Made by a program: the position numbers and the translations under genes. A stretch of 64,000 bases of DNA from Lingula anatina (taxonomy: Eukaryota > Animalia > Brachiopoda), in NCBI GenBank assembly GCA_051362555.1, contig CM120640.1, forward strand, positions 65,636,788 to 65,700,787. Reading direction: 5' to 3'. Below are positions 63,806 to 64,000 of this stretch, piece by piece. Below the pieces are notes generated by a model. That model searched no databases. It was given only the letters and a program-made list of their open reading frames with translations, and was not told where the DNA came from. Position 1 is the first letter of the stretch, and every line of letters starts with the position of its first letter.

Positions 63806-64000
63806 TATTTCAGCGTGAAATATCGGTGTTGATCTGACGTTGATCTAACAACCACTGTTTAACATGTAACGTAGTCCCAAACGTATGATTATATATACTC
63901 GAGATACTTATACCAGCAGAATGCAAGGTAACGCGCGCTCGCTAGAGGACCCTTAGCAAAGGGAAGGGTCACAGCGCTTGGGTGACGATGTCACAACAGA

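Overview
AT-rich, intron-containing animal genomic DNA, most likely a marine invertebrate such as a mollusc (taxon is inference only). Seven protein-coding genes can be assembled from GT-AG-bounded exons: the last exon of ARMC5 (+), a TNF-receptor-superfamily gene with no death domain and a CD40-type PVQET TRAF motif (+), PGAP4/TMEM246 (-), a large uncharacterised protein made of two ancient tandem copies of one module, each starting with an RIIa/Dpy-30-like docking motif (+), an intron-containing gene for a bacterial-type PhnD/phosphonate-binding protein (-), FAM135A-like (+) and a two-domain rhodanese sulfurtransferase with an atypical active-site loop (-). Positions ~1.1-14.2 kb are a nested transposon pile. 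It contains three families of non-autonomous Helentron-type elements (HINE/DINE-1 architecture) carrying 146-, ~163- and ~335-bp internal tandem arrays, plus a PIF/Harbinger-type MITE with a second, uninterrupted copy in a FAM135A intron. There are also several small MITEs, mini- and microsatellites. I see no CRISPR array, rRNA, tRNA or autonomous transposase. Most short ORFs in the supplied track are spurious. All calls come from reading the sequence by eye; no searches were run.
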